The notes under the pieces were generated by a model, which did no database searches, was not told where the DNA came from, and saw only the letters and a list, made by a program, of their open reading frames with translations. Below are positions 1 to 10,063 of a stretch of 64,000 nt of DNA, one piece after another. A program made the translations under genes and the position numbers. Source of the stretch: an uncultured Gemmatimonadales bacterium (GTDB lineage: Bacteria; Gemmatimonadota; Gemmatimonadetes; Longimicrobiales; RSA9); NCBI GenBank assembly GCA_963708135.1, contig OY970192.1, positions 2,720,001 to 2,784,000 on the forward strand, in the 5' to 3' direction. Each line of letters starts with the position of its first letter. Positions within the stretch are counted from its first letter, which is position 1.

Positions 1-1
1 G

Positions 2-1540
2 GGCAACAAGACGGACGTGAGCGGAAATGACCTGCTCGAGGCCTGGGAGCACGACCCGCTGACGCGCGTGATCCTGATGTACCTGGAGAGCTTCGGGAAC
101 CCGCGCCGCTTCACGCAGATCGCGCGGCGGGTGACACAGACGAAGCCGATCGTGGTGGTGAAGTCCGGGCGCAGCGCCGCGGGAGCGCGGGCGGCATCGT
201 CGCATACGGGGGCATTGGCGGGGCTCGACCTGGCCACGGACGCGCTGCTCGCGCAGTGCGGCGTGATCCGGGTGGACAGCGTGGAGGCGCTCTTCGACCT
301 GGCCATGGCCTTCGGGACGCTGCCGCTGCCGGCCGGCGACTCCGTGGCCATCGTCACGAACGCCGGCGGCCCCGGGATCATCATCGCCAATGCCTGCGAG
401 GCGGGCGGGCTCGAGGTGGCCGAGCTCTCGGACGTGACGCAGGCGCGGCTGCGCGAGGGGCTCGCCGCGGAGGCGAGCGTCCGCAACCCGGTCAACATGA
501 TCGCCTCGGCCACGCCGGAGAGCTACCGCCACGCGCTCGAGACGGTGCTCCGCGACCCGGGCATCCACGCCGCCATCGCCGCGTTCGTGCCGCCGCTCGG
601 GATCCGGCAGGAGGAGGTCGCGCAGGCCATCGTGCAGGTGCGCGACGCCATCCCCGACAAGCCGATCCTGGCCGTGCTGATGGGACGCGAGGGGCTGCCG
701 GCCGGGCGCGCGGAGCTCAAGGAGGCCGGCGTCCCGGCCTACATATTCCCCGAGTCCGCCGCCCGCGCGCTCTCCGCCCTCGCCCGCCACCGCCGCTGGC
801 TCGAGCGGCCGGCCGGCCGGGTGCGCCACTTCGAGGACGTCAACCGCGAAACCGTCGCCGCGATCCTCGAGCGCTGCGCCGGTGGCGACGGCATGCTGTC
901 GGGCACCGACGCGCTCGACGTGCTCGCGGCGTACGGCGTGCCCACCATCCGCTACCGCGTGGTCACGAGCGCCGAGGACGCCGCGGCGGAGGCGCAGGCG
1001 CAGGGCTTCCCCGTGGTGCTCAAGATCCACTCGCCCGACATCGTGCACAAAACCGACGTGGGCGGCGTGGTCGTGGACCTGCGCACCGCCGACGAGGTGC
1101 GCGAGGCGTTCGACGCGATGATGAAGCGCGTGCGCGACGCCGTGCCCGACGCCCGCATCGAGGGCGTGCTCGTGCAGCAATACGCGCGCGGCGGGCGGGA
1201 GACGATCGTGGGCATGACCTACGACCCGAAGTTCGGACCGCTGCTCATGTTCGGGCTGGGCGGGATCTACGTCGAGGCGCTCCGCGACATCGCGTTCCGG
1301 ATCCAGCCCGTGAGCGACATCGACGCGCTCGAGATGGTCCGCTCGATCCGCGGGGTGAAGCTGCTCGAGGGGATCCGCGGCGAGCCCGCCGCCGACATGG
1401 ACGCCATCATCGAGGTCATCCAGCGCATCTCCCAGCTGGTCGGGGAGCATCCCGAGATCCGCGAGCTGGACGTCAATCCGCTGCTCGCCACGCCGGCCGG
1501 GGTGACGGGGGTGGATGCGAGGATCAGGATCCAGGCATAA
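2..1540 (+). CDS. Acetate--CoA ligase (ADP-forming) family acyl-CoA synthetase, 5'-truncated by window edge
   Basis: GNKTDVSGND, SSHTGALAG and TNAGGPG motifs; C-terminal ATP-grasp (VVLKIHSPDIVHKTDVGGV, DPKFGPLLMFGLGG, ELDVNPL). Confidence 0.92.
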   Translation, partial: GNKTDVSGNDLLEAWEHDPLTRVILMYLESFGNPRRFTQIARRVTQTKPIVVVKSGRSAAGARAASSHTGALAGLDLATDALLAQCGVIRVDSVEALFDLAMAFGTLPLPAGDSVAIVTNAGGPGIIIANACEAGGLEVAELSDVTQARLREGLAAEASVRNPVNMIASATPESYRHALETVLRDPGIHAAIAAFVPPLGIRQEEVAQAIVQVRDAIPDKPILAVLMGREGLPAGRAELKEAGVPAYIFPESAARALSALARHRRWLERPAGRVRHFEDVNRETVAAILERCAGGDGMLSGTDALDVLAAYGVPTIRYRVVTSAEDAAAEAQAQGFPVVLKIHSPDIVHKTDVGGVVVDLRTADEVREAFDAMMKRVRDAVPDARIEGVLVQQYARGGRETIVGMTYDPKFGPLLMFGLGGIYVEALRDIAFRIQPVSDIDALEMVRSIRGVKLLEGIRGEPAADMDAIIEVIQRISQLVGEHPEIRELDVNPLLATPAGVTGVDARIRIQA

Positions 1541-1541
1541 T

Positions 1542-2090
1542 CAGAACGGGCACGGGTCACGGGCAGGGGCACGCGGACGGGCAGAAACGGCAGGCAGCCG
1601 GGCAGGGGCATGCGAAGGGGCACGCCCACGGGAACGGGAACCCCGGCAGGCACCCGGCCCGCCGCCATCGTTCCGCTGCCCGTCCCGGTGCCGGTGCCCT
1701 TGCCTGCCTGCCTGCGGGAGCTGCCCGTCCGCGTTCCCGTGCCCGTGGCCCCTGCCCGTCCGTTGAGAGACCGGGGCACGGGGCACGGGCAGGCGCACGC
1801 GGACGGGCAGAAACGGCAGGCAGCCGGGCAGGGGCATGCGAAGGGGCACGCCCGCGGGAACGGGAACCCCGGCGGGCACCCGGTCCGCCGCCATCGTTCC
1901 GCTGCCCGTCCCGGTACCGGTGCCCTTGCCCGCCTGCCTGCGGGAGCTGCCCGTCCGCGTTCCCGTGCCCGTGGCCCCTGCCCGTCCGTTGAGAGACCGG
2001 GGCACGGGTCACGGGCAGGCGCACGCGGACGGGCAGAAACGGCAGGCAGCCGGGCAGGGGCATGCGAAGGGGCACGCCCACGGGAACGGG
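1542..2090. repeat. Tandem array of 226-bp imperfect palindromic units (2 full units plus a left half-unit) upstream of four-helix-bundle gene
   Basis: Units start at about 1548, 1774 and 2000; left arm ..CACGCGGACGGGCAG is complementary to right arm CTGCCCGTCCGCGT.. Confidence 0.95.
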
Positions 2091-2144
2091 AGTCGGCGCA
2101 TTCTGGTATTCTGGTGCCCCGGAAAGCCGGCCAGCTTGGCCGGC

Positions 2145-2543
2145 ATGGTTCGACTCGATCACGAACGGCTCGAGGTTTACGGGATCGCGCTCCGATTCGA
2201 TAAGGAGATTCGCGGGCTGCTCCGGAGCATGCGGGCGCGGGGCGACACCGTCAACCAACTGAAGCGCGCTTCCGCCTCGGTGGTCCTCAACCTGGCCGAA
2301 GGTGCGGGTGAGTTCTCCGCGCGGGAGAAGACGCGCTTCTATCGGATCGCACGCCGGTCGGCCACGGAATGCGCCGCTACCCTGGATCTGCTCGTGAACC
2401 AGCGAACCCTGACCCGGGAGCAGGTCCTGCCACTCCGTGACCACCTGGTCCGGGTCATCTCCATGCTCGTGCGCCTGATGCAGCAGATCGACGCGGGGAG
2501 CTCTCGCGGGCGGCCCCGCCCACCGTCCCCCAACACCGGGTGA
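2145..2543 (+). CDS. Four helix bundle protein (23S rRNA-IVP / Avd-like family)
   Basis: MVRLDHERLEVY...QLKRASASVVLNLAEG...FYRIARRSATEC signature; 132 aa. Confidence 0.9.
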   Translation: MVRLDHERLEVYGIALRFDKEIRGLLRSMRARGDTVNQLKRASASVVLNLAEGAGEFSAREKTRFYRIARRSATECAATLDLLVNQRTLTREQVLPLRDHLVRVISMLVRLMQQIDAGSSRGRPRPPSPNTG

Positions 2544-2579
2544 GCGTTCGGGTGCAGGTGATCCTAACCGAGCACGGAA

Positions 2580-3921
2580 CAGAACGGGGCACGGGTCACG
2601 GGCAGGCGCACGCGGACGGGCAGAAACGGCAGGCAGCCGGGCAGGGGCATGCGAAGGGGCAGGGGCACCGGAACGGGAACCCCGGCGGGCACCCGGTCCG
2701 CCGCCATCGTTCCGCTGCCCGTCCCGGTACCGGTGCCCTTGCCCGCCTGCCTGCGGGAGCTGCCCGTCCGCGTTCCCGTGCCCGTGGCCCCTGCCCGTCC
2801 GTTGAGAGGCCGGGCACGGGTCACGGGCAGGCGCACGCGGACGGGCAGAAACGGCAGGCAGCCGGGCAGGGGCATGCGAAGGGGCACGGCCACCGGAACG
2901 GGAACCCCGGCGGGCACCCGGTCCGCCGCCGTTCCGCTGCCCGTGCCGGTGCCGGTGCCCTTGCCCGCCTGCCTGCGGGAGCTGCCCGTCCGCGTTCCCG
3001 TGCCCGTGGCCCCTGCCCGTCCGTTGAGAGGCCGGGCACCGGTCACGGGCAGGCGCACGCGGACGGGCAGAAACGGCAGGCAGCCGGGCAGGGGCATGCG
3101 AAGGGGCACGGCCACCGGAACGGGAACCCCGGCGGGCACCCGGTCCGCCGCCATCGTTCCGCTGCCCGTCCCGGTGCCGGTGCCCTTGCCCGCCTGCCTG
3201 CGGGAGCTGCCCGTCCGCGTTCCCGTGCCCGTGGCCCCTGCCCGTCCGTTGAGAGGCCGGGCACGGGTCACGGGCAGGCGCACGCGGACGGGCAGAAACG
3301 GCAGGCAGCCGGGCAGGGGCATGCGAAGGGGCACGCCCACCGGAACGGGAACCGGTCCGCCGCCATCGTTCCGCTGCCCGTCCCGGTGCCGGTGCCCTTG
3401 CCTGCCTGCCTGCGGGAGCTGCCCGTCCGCGTTCCCGTGCCCGTGGCCCCTGGCCGTCCGTTGAGAGGCCGGGCACGGGTCATGGGCAGGCGCACGCGGA
3501 CGGGCAGAAACGGCAGGCAGCCGGGCAGGGGCATGCGAAGGGGCACGCCCACCGGAACGGGAACCGGTCCGCCGCCATCGTTCCGCTGCCCGTGCCGGTG
3601 CCGGTGCCCTTGCCCGCCTGCCTGCGGGAGCTGCCCGTCCGCGTTCCCGTGCCCGTGGCCCCTGCCCGTCCGTTGAGAGGCCGGGCACGGGTCACGGGCA
3701 GACGCACGCGGACGGGCAGAAACGGCAGGCAGCCGGGCAGGGGCATGCGAAGGGGCACGCCCACCGGAACGGGAACCGGTCCGCCGCCATCGTTCCGCTG
3801 CCCGTCCCGGTGCCGGTGCCCCTGCCCGCCTGCCTGCGGGAGCTGCCCGTCCGCGTTCCCGTGCCCGTGGCCCCTGCCCGTCCGTTTTCTCCGTGGACGT
3901 GGCCGTGCCCGTCCGCGTTCC
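2580..3921. repeat. Tandem array of six 212-225-bp palindromic units downstream of four-helix-bundle gene
   Basis: Units start at about 2587, 2812, 3034, 3259, 3471 and 3683; same unit as 1542-2090. Confidence 0.95.
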
Positions 3922-3922
3922 C

Positions 3923-4660
3923 CTACTCCAGGATCAGCCGCGCCCTGCGGAACCGCGCGGCCGCCGCGGCGAAGAGGAGGAGGTCGATCACGAGCAGCGC
4001 GGCGGCGGCGAGCTCGAGCAGGCGGTTCCGCCCGACGCCGGCGACCCACGCGGCGCCCGCCAGGCGCCAGGCGGGCGGAAGCAGGCCAACGCCGAGCACG
4101 GGCAGGAAGAGCACGGCGATGACGGCGGTGGTGAGCACCTGCTGCGCCTGCTTGACCGTGGTCGCGCGGAGCGAGATCAGGACGCCGGCGGCGGCGGTGA
4201 AGCCTGCGCCGAGGATGCTGAAGGCGATGGCGGCGGCGAGCGCGCGGGGCGAGTAAAGCACGAGGCCGGCGTCGCGGTGGGAGAGGTTCACGACGATGAG
4301 AGCGGTGGGCAGGATCGCGAATCCGACACCGATGCCGTAGAGCGTGACGGCGACGGTCTTGCCGAGCAGGATGGCGAGATCGGGGAGCCGCGTCGCGAGC
4401 AGGGTCTCGAGAGTGTGCCGCTCGCGCTCGCCGGCGAAGGTGTCGGGCACCAGGCCGGCGACCTGGAAGGTGGCGGCGAAGGCCACGAAGGCGCCGCCGG
4501 CCCACGAGCGCACGAAGGCCGGCCCCATCTGGAGCGGGTAGAGCACGCCGAGGATGAGGACGATCATGCCGATGCGGTACAGCCCGCGGCGGTTGTGCGG
4601 CTCGAGCTGCACGAGCTCGCGGATCTCCTTCCAGACGACGGTGGCCACGTCCCGGATCAC
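3923..4660 (-). CDS. ABC-2 type transporter permease
   Basis: VWKEIRE start, FAGERERHTLETLLATRL..ILLGK motif, multiple TM helices. Confidence 0.88.
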   Translation of the reverse strand: MIRDVATVVWKEIRELVQLEPHNRRGLYRIGMIVLILGVLYPLQMGPAFVRSWAGGAFVAFAATFQVAGLVPDTFAGERERHTLETLLATRLPDLAILLGKTVAVTLYGIGVGFAILPTALIVVNLSHRDAGLVLYSPRALAAAIAFSILGAGFTAAAGVLISLRATTVKQAQQVLTTAVIAVLFLPVLGVGLLPPAWRLAGAAWVAGVGRNRLLELAAAALLVIDLLLFAAAAARFRRARLILE

Positions 4661-5613
4661 GGCGTTCCCCCCTCCCCCTCCTCCATGAGCGTGAGGAACA
4701 CCTCCTCGAGCGACGCCTTGCCGCGACGCACCTCATCGACCTCCGCGCCCGCGTGGACCAGCGCGGCCACGAGCGGCGCGGGCGTGGCGCCATCGGCCAG
4801 CTCGGCGACGATCCGGCCGTTCTCGAGGCGCGCGCGCCGCACCGCCGGGAGGCACTCGAGCGTCGCCAGCGCGGCGGCGTCCACGCCGCGGGCCACGATC
4901 TCGACGCGCGGGCCGGCGCCGCGGGCGCGCAGCTCGTCCGGGTGGCCCACCGCGAGGAGGCGGCCGCCGCGGATCACGGCCACGCTCGCGCACAGCCGCT
5001 CGGCCTCGGTCAGGTTGTGCGTGGTGAGGAAGATCGTGGTCCCCTCGAGGGCGGCCAGCGCGGCGAGGTCCTCGCGCAGCGCGGCGGCGGCGATCGGATC
5101 GAGGCCGGCCGTCGGCTCGTCCAGGAACACGAGCGCGGGGTGGTGCAGCAGCGCCCGCGCCACGGCCAGCTTCTGCTTCATGCCGCGGCTCCAGCGGCTG
5201 ACGATCTCGCCGCGCCGCTCCCACAGCCCGAAGTGCTCGAGCAGCGCCTGGATGCGCGCCCGCCGCTCCTCCCGCCGCATGTGCCAGATGCGGCCGAAGT
5301 AATCCAGGTTGTCGGCCGCGCTGAGCCGCTCGTAGAGCCCGGTGTGCTCGAGCAGCGCGCCCGAGCGCGCGCGGATCTCGCCGGCCCCGGTGCGCGTGTC
5401 GAGGCCCAGCACCCGGGCGCGCCCGCCGGTCGGCTCGAGGAGCCCGAGCAGCAGCCGTATCGTCGTCGTCTTCCCCGCCCCGTTCGGGCCGATGAAGCCG
5501 AAGACCACGCCCGCCGGCACCTCGAAGCTCAGCCGGTCCGCGGCGACGAGGCTGCCGAACGCGCGCGTGAGCCCCTCCGCCGCGACAGCGGGCGACGCGG
5601 CCGGATCAGCCAT
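4657..5613 (-). CDS. ABC transporter ATP-binding protein
   Basis: Walker A GPNGAGKTT, signature WSRGMKQK, Walker B FLDEPT; overlaps permease start by 4 nt. Confidence 0.93.
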   Translation of the reverse strand: MADPAASPAVAAEGLTRAFGSLVAADRLSFEVPAGVVFGFIGPNGAGKTTTIRLLLGLLEPTGGRARVLGLDTRTGAGEIRARSGALLEHTGLYERLSAADNLDYFGRIWHMRREERRARIQALLEHFGLWERRGEIVSRWSRGMKQKLAVARALLHHPALVFLDEPTAGLDPIAAAALREDLAALAALEGTTIFLTTHNLTEAERLCASVAVIRGGRLLAVGHPDELRARGAGPRVEIVARGVDAAALATLECLPAVRRARLENGRIVAELADGATPAPLVAALVHAGAEVDEVRRGKASLEEVFLTLMEEGEGGTP

Positions 5614-5812
5614 GGCTCGCCTTCCGCGGGCGAGCGCGACCACCGCTGGTCTGGCGCGCGCCCCGGCGATCGCCTACACCTTCAACGGGCCCGGGCCGGC
5701 AGCGCGGGCCGGGCGCGGGCGAGGCCAGCCGGAAGCGGAAAGGTTCGATCATGGCGTGCTACATACCGGTCGGGTGGTCCCGAAGTCAAACCCGGCGCGC
5801 GGGCGGGGACGC

Positions 5813-6660
5813 GTGAGCGGCTCCGGCGCGGGCGGGCGGCTCATCTCGCTGCGCGAGACCTGGCCGTCGGGGAAGCCGATCGTCGGCATGGTGCACCTGG
5901 CGCCGCTTCCCGGCTCTCCCGGCTGGGGCGGCTCGATGGACGACGTGCTGGCGCGCGCCAGGAGGACGCGCGCGCGCTGGCCGAAGGCGGCGTCGACGGC
6001 GTGCTGGTCGAGAACTACGGCGACCTGCCGTTCCACCCCGGCGCCGTGCCGCCCGAGACCGTGGCCGCGCTCACGGTGGCCGTGGCCGAGGTGGTGCGCA
6101 CGGTCTCGCTGCCGGTGGGCGTGAACGTGCTGCGCAACGACGCCGCGGCGGCGCTCGCCATAGCCGTGGCCACGGGCGCGCGCTTCATCCGGGTGAACGT
6201 CCACACGGGCGCGCTGCTCACGGACCAGGGCTGGATCGCCGGCCTGGCGCACGACACGCTGCGGCGGCGGGCGGCGCTCGGCGCCGACGTCGCCATCCTG
6301 GCGGATGTGCTCGTGAAGCACGCCGTAGCGCCCGCGGGGTTGAACGCGGCCCGGGCCGCGCGGGACGCGTGGCACCGGGGGCTCGCGGACGGGCTCGTCG
6401 TCTCCGGCCCCGCGACGGGGGAGGAGCCCGACCTCGCCCGGCTCCGCGCCGTCAAGGCGGCCGTCCCCGAGGCGCCGGTCTGGATCGGCAGCGGGCTCAC
6501 GCCGGAAAACGCCGCGGCGCTCATGGCAGTGGCGGATGGCGCCATCGTGGGCAGCGCGTTCGAGCGCGACGGTGTGGCGGGGAATCCCGTGGAGGTGGAG
6601 CGCGTGAGGCGGCTGGGATCCAGGATCCTGCCCCCTCAGACTCCTCCGTACCACTCGTAG
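5813..6660 (+). CDS. BtpA/SgcQ family protein, frameshifted near 5960
   Basis: KPIVGMVHLAPLPGSP in one frame; GVDGVLVENYGDLPF, GVNVLRND, FIRVNVH and ADVLVKHA in another; one added base at gcc/agg joins them. Confidence 0.85.
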
Positions 6661-7346
6661 CCCTGATCGCTCCAGTAGCCGCCCGTGCGATGCGGCAGGA
6701 AGACGACGCGGGTCAGGTACTTGGTGTTCTTGTAGCCTAGCTTGATCGGCGAATGCACGCGGGCGGGCGCGCCGTGGGCCGGCCCCAGGAAGCGGCCGTC
6801 CATGGCGTAGGCGATGAGCGTCTGCGGGTGCATCGCGCTCTGCATGTCCCAGCTCTCGTGGTACCCCTTGTCGAAGGATACGAAGTCAACGTACTGCGCG
6901 TCCGCCGTGGCGCCGGCGAGGCGGGCGAGGCGGCTGACGCGCACGCCGCGCCAAACGGCCACGGCGGTCCACCCCTCCACGCAATAGTGGTCCACGCGCT
7001 GCGACACCGACGGCAGCGCGAGCAGGTCGTCGAGCGTGAGCCGCAGCGGCCGCCGCACCGCGCCGCCGACCTCGAGCGCCCATTCCCCCCGCACGGACTC
7101 GTCCCAGATCGGGATCCGGTCCGAGATGTAGTAGACCGGGAACGCGCGCCCGGCCGGCAACGCGCCCTCGGGTGCGTAGTCCCGCGACCCCTCGTGGAAG
7201 ATCCCGCGCTCGAGCCCCTCGTTGCGCCGCTCCGCCCAGCGCAGCAGCCGCCGCGCCGCGCGCGGACCGTGAGCGTCGCACGCCGCCAGGAACGCCGCCG
7301 AGAGCGCGCCCCCGGCCGCCAGGAACCGCCGCCGGTCCAGGCTCAT
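6636..7346 (-). CDS. Molybdopterin-dependent oxidoreductase (sulfite oxidase/MsrP-like) with Tat signal
   Basis: MSLDRRRFL twin-arginine signal; HYCVEGW, HGAPAR and KLGYKNTKY motifs. Confidence 0.88.
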   Translation of the reverse strand: MSLDRRRFLAAGGALSAAFLAACDAHGPRAARRLLRWAERRNEGLERGIFHEGSRDYAPEGALPAGRAFPVYYISDRIPIWDESVRGEWALEVGGAVRRPLRLTLDDLLALPSVSQRVDHYCVEGWTAVAVWRGVRVSRLARLAGATADAQYVDFVSFDKGYHESWDMQSAMHPQTLIAYAMDGRFLGPAHGAPARVHSPIKLGYKNTKYLTRVVFLPHRTGGYWSDQGYEWYGGV

Positions 7347-8233
7347 AGCTCCTCCCCGTCGTCTCCGCTGGCGCCGTCCAGCTCCGAGGCAGGCGACGCC
7401 ACCGCCGATCCAGCCGGCGCTTCCGCCGCGCCCGCCTCGGCCGACGCATCGGGCGTGGCCGCCGCAGCCGGTGCATCCGTGCCCGCGGCTCCCGCCGCAT
7501 CGATCCTCGCCGGCGCGCGGGAAGGCCAGAGGGCCGGCGCGTCGGCCGGGCGGCGGCGCAGGAACGGCCGCGCGTCCAGCGCCTCGGGCGAGCGGCTCTC
7601 GTCGTAGCCGCCGGTGATCATGCTGCGCAGCGAGCCGGGGTCCACGGCGAAGACCATGAAGACGTGCATGACGGAGAGGGCGACGAGCGCCACCATGACC
7701 ATGAAGTGCCAGTAGCGGGCCCAGACGTAGCCGCCCAGCAGGTCGGTCAGCGGGGCAAGCTGCACCGGTTTCCAGATGGCGATGCCGGTGATCACCGCCG
7801 CGGCGCCGAGCCAGGGGAGCAGGAAGTAGACGGTCTTCTGGAGCGCGTTGTGCTTGCCCTGGCGCGGGTGGCGGCGCCGCAGGAAGAGGTAGAACCTCAC
7901 CATCTCCCAGGAGTCGCGCAGGTGCCCGCGACGGGGGACCAGGTCGCGCCACTCGCCGTGGAGGTAGACGAAGCCGAGGTAGACGAGCCCGTTCAGCACG
8001 AGCAGCCACATGGCCGCGAAGTGCCAGTTGCGCGCCCCCGCCAGCCAGCCGCCGAACGTCATCCAGTGTGGCGCCCCGCCGTGGAACGGCCAGCAGCAGA
8101 ACGTGCCGCCGCGTCGCGCGAAGGCGGGATAGGCGTTGAAGATGCGCAGCCCGCTCCCGACCATCAGCGTGAGCGCGAACGCGTTCACCCAGTGCGTCAG
8201 GCGGACGACCCAGTGGTGTCGTGGAGCGGGCAT
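7343..8233 (-). CDS. Cytochrome b/b6 domain membrane protein, partner of the Mo oxidoreductase
   Basis: VRLTHWVNA, ARNWHF, HNALQK and ARYWHF heme-His motifs; overlaps downstream gene by 4 nt. Confidence 0.87.
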   Translation of the reverse strand: MPAPRHHWVVRLTHWVNAFALTLMVGSGLRIFNAYPAFARRGGTFCCWPFHGGAPHWMTFGGWLAGARNWHFAAMWLLVLNGLVYLGFVYLHGEWRDLVPRRGHLRDSWEMVRFYLFLRRRHPRQGKHNALQKTVYFLLPWLGAAAVITGIAIWKPVQLAPLTDLLGGYVWARYWHFMVMVALVALSVMHVFMVFAVDPGSLRSMITGGYDESRSPEALDARPFLRRRPADAPALWPSRAPARIDAAGAAGTDAPAAAATPDASAEAGAAEAPAGSAVASPASELDGASGDDGEEL

Positions 8234-8424
8234 GCAGGGTGGAACCCACGGGCCACCCGCCGGGTTCCCCCGCCCGGAGGCCGCTCCAGCTCCGATCACG
8301 TTGACCCCTTGCCGCTCCGGCCGCTACACTTCGAGGGCGCTCCGCGGCTCCTGCCGGCTCCGCTCCTCGTCGCGGCCGGGGTGCGCGAGGAGATCGAGCA
8401 CGGTCGCGTGCGGGAGGGGATGAC

Positions 8425-10038
8425 ATGGTGGCGCACTACCACCTGATCGGGATCGGCGGGACGGCCATGGCCTCCCTGGCCGGGCTGCTCCGGGCCGCGG
8501 GCCACACGGTCACCGGCTCCGATGAGAACGTCTACCCTCCGATGTCCACGCTGCTCGAGCAGCTCGGCATTCCGTACCGCGAGGGCTACGCGCCGGAGAA
8601 TCTGGAGCCCGCGCCGGACGTCGTCGTCGTGGGCAATGCCATTTCGCGCGGCAACGTCGAGCTCGAGGCGGTTCTCAACCGGAAGCTCCGCTACACGTCC
8701 GCTGCGGCCACGCTGAAGGAGGAGTTCATCCGCGGCCGCCACTCCCTCGCCGTGGCGGGGACGCACGGCAAGACGACGACGACCTCGCTCCTGGCCTGGG
8801 TCCTCGAGACCGCCGGGCTGAACCCGTCCTTCCTCGTCGGCGGCGTGGCGGAGAACTTCGGCACGTCCTTCCGCCTGACCAATGCGCCCTATTTCGTCAT
8901 CGAGGCCGACGAGTACGACACCGCCTACTTCGACAAGGGCCCCAAGATGTGGCACTACCTGCCGGACACCGCGGTGGTGACCAACATCGAGTTCGACCAC
9001 GCCGACATCTACCGCGACACGGAGGCCTACCGCTTCGCCTTCGCGCGCTTCATCAACCTGATCCCCTCGAACGGCACGCTCGTGGCCGGCTGGGACTCGC
9101 CCGCGGTCCGCGCGCTGGCCCCCCGCTCGTTCGCCCCTGTCCAGGGCTTCGACATCGACGCCCCCTCAGGCGACGCGGCGCTGCCGCCCGCCGGCTCCGC
9201 CTCCGAATCCGCGTCCGCCCCGGGGTCCGCGTCCGCCCCGGAGTCCGCGTCCGGCTCGGAGTCCGCGTCCGGCTCGGCCGCCGAGCGGGCTGCTCGCGCC
9301 GCGAACCCGATCCCGCCGCGAACGTCGCCCACTCCCCCCCTCCCCCACTCCCCCACTCTCGCGTCTCTCCACCCCCAGCCCCGCTGGCTCGCCCGCGACG
9401 TGGTCTTCGAGCCCGAGCGCACGCGCTTCACGGTGCTGCACGACGGCGCCGTCTGGGGCGAGGTCGAGACGCCGCTCGCGGGGGCCTTCAACGTCCGCAA
9501 CTGCCTGGCCGCCATCGCCGCGGCCACGGCCGTGGGCGCGGATCCCGGCGCCGTGCGCGACGGGCTGCGCACGTTCCGCAGCGTTCGTCGTCGCCTGGAG
9601 GTCCGGGGCGAGGCGGGCGGTGTGACGGTGATCGACGACTTCGCGCACCACCCGACAGCCGTGCGGGAGACGATCGATGCCGTGCGCCAGCGCTATCCCG
9701 GCCGCCGCCTCGTGGCCGTCTTCGAGCCGCGCAGCTACACCGCGCAGCGGCGGGAATTCCAGGCCGACTACCAGGCCGCGCTCGGCACCGCCGACCGCAT
9801 CGTCATGGCCGGGCTCTTCCACCCCGAGCGCTACACCCGCGAGACCGCCATCGACCCGCACGCCATGGTGGCCGCCTGGGAGGCCGGCGGAACACCCGCC
9901 GCGTATACCCCCGACCCCGACGAGATCGTGCGGGGGCTCGCCCGCGATCTGGCCGGCGGCGAGGTCGTGCTGATCATGTCGAACGGTGGGTTCGGCGCGA
10001 TCCACTCGAAGCTGCTGGATGCGCTGGGGCGGCGGTAG
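8425..10038 (+). CDS. mpl: UDP-N-acetylmuramate:L-alanyl-gamma-D-glutamyl-meso-diaminopimelate ligase (murein peptide ligase)
   Basis: GIGGTAMASLA, VAGTHGKTTT, EADEYDTAYFDK, DDFAHHPTAV and MSNGGFG motifs; low-complexity insert at about 9160-9380. Confidence 0.9.
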   Translation: MVAHYHLIGIGGTAMASLAGLLRAAGHTVTGSDENVYPPMSTLLEQLGIPYREGYAPENLEPAPDVVVVGNAISRGNVELEAVLNRKLRYTSAAATLKEEFIRGRHSLAVAGTHGKTTTTSLLAWVLETAGLNPSFLVGGVAENFGTSFRLTNAPYFVIEADEYDTAYFDKGPKMWHYLPDTAVVTNIEFDHADIYRDTEAYRFAFARFINLIPSNGTLVAGWDSPAVRALAPRSFAPVQGFDIDAPSGDAALPPAGSASESASAPGSASAPESASGSESASGSAAERAARAANPIPPRTSPTPPLPHSPTLASLHPQPRWLARDVVFEPERTRFTVLHDGAVWGEVETPLAGAFNVRNCLAAIAAATAVGADPGAVRDGLRTFRSVRRRLEVRGEAGGVTVIDDFAHHPTAVRETIDAVRQRYPGRRLVAVFEPRSYTAQRREFQADYQAALGTADRIVMAGLFHPERYTRETAIDPHAMVAAWEAGGTPAAYTPDPDEIVRGLARDLAGGEVVLIMSNGGFGAIHSKLLDALGRR

Positions 10039-10063
10039 CCGTTCCCCCTTCCTCCGCCCCCCC

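Noticed and set aside
1515..3900. Long Gly/His/Pro/Arg-rich ORFs across the repeat array
   Set aside because: Translations of stop-poor repeat DNA in several frames, with no RBS or domain evidence.
1542..3921. CRISPR array
   Set aside because: Units are near-identical over their whole 212-226 bp with no unique spacers, and there are no cas genes.
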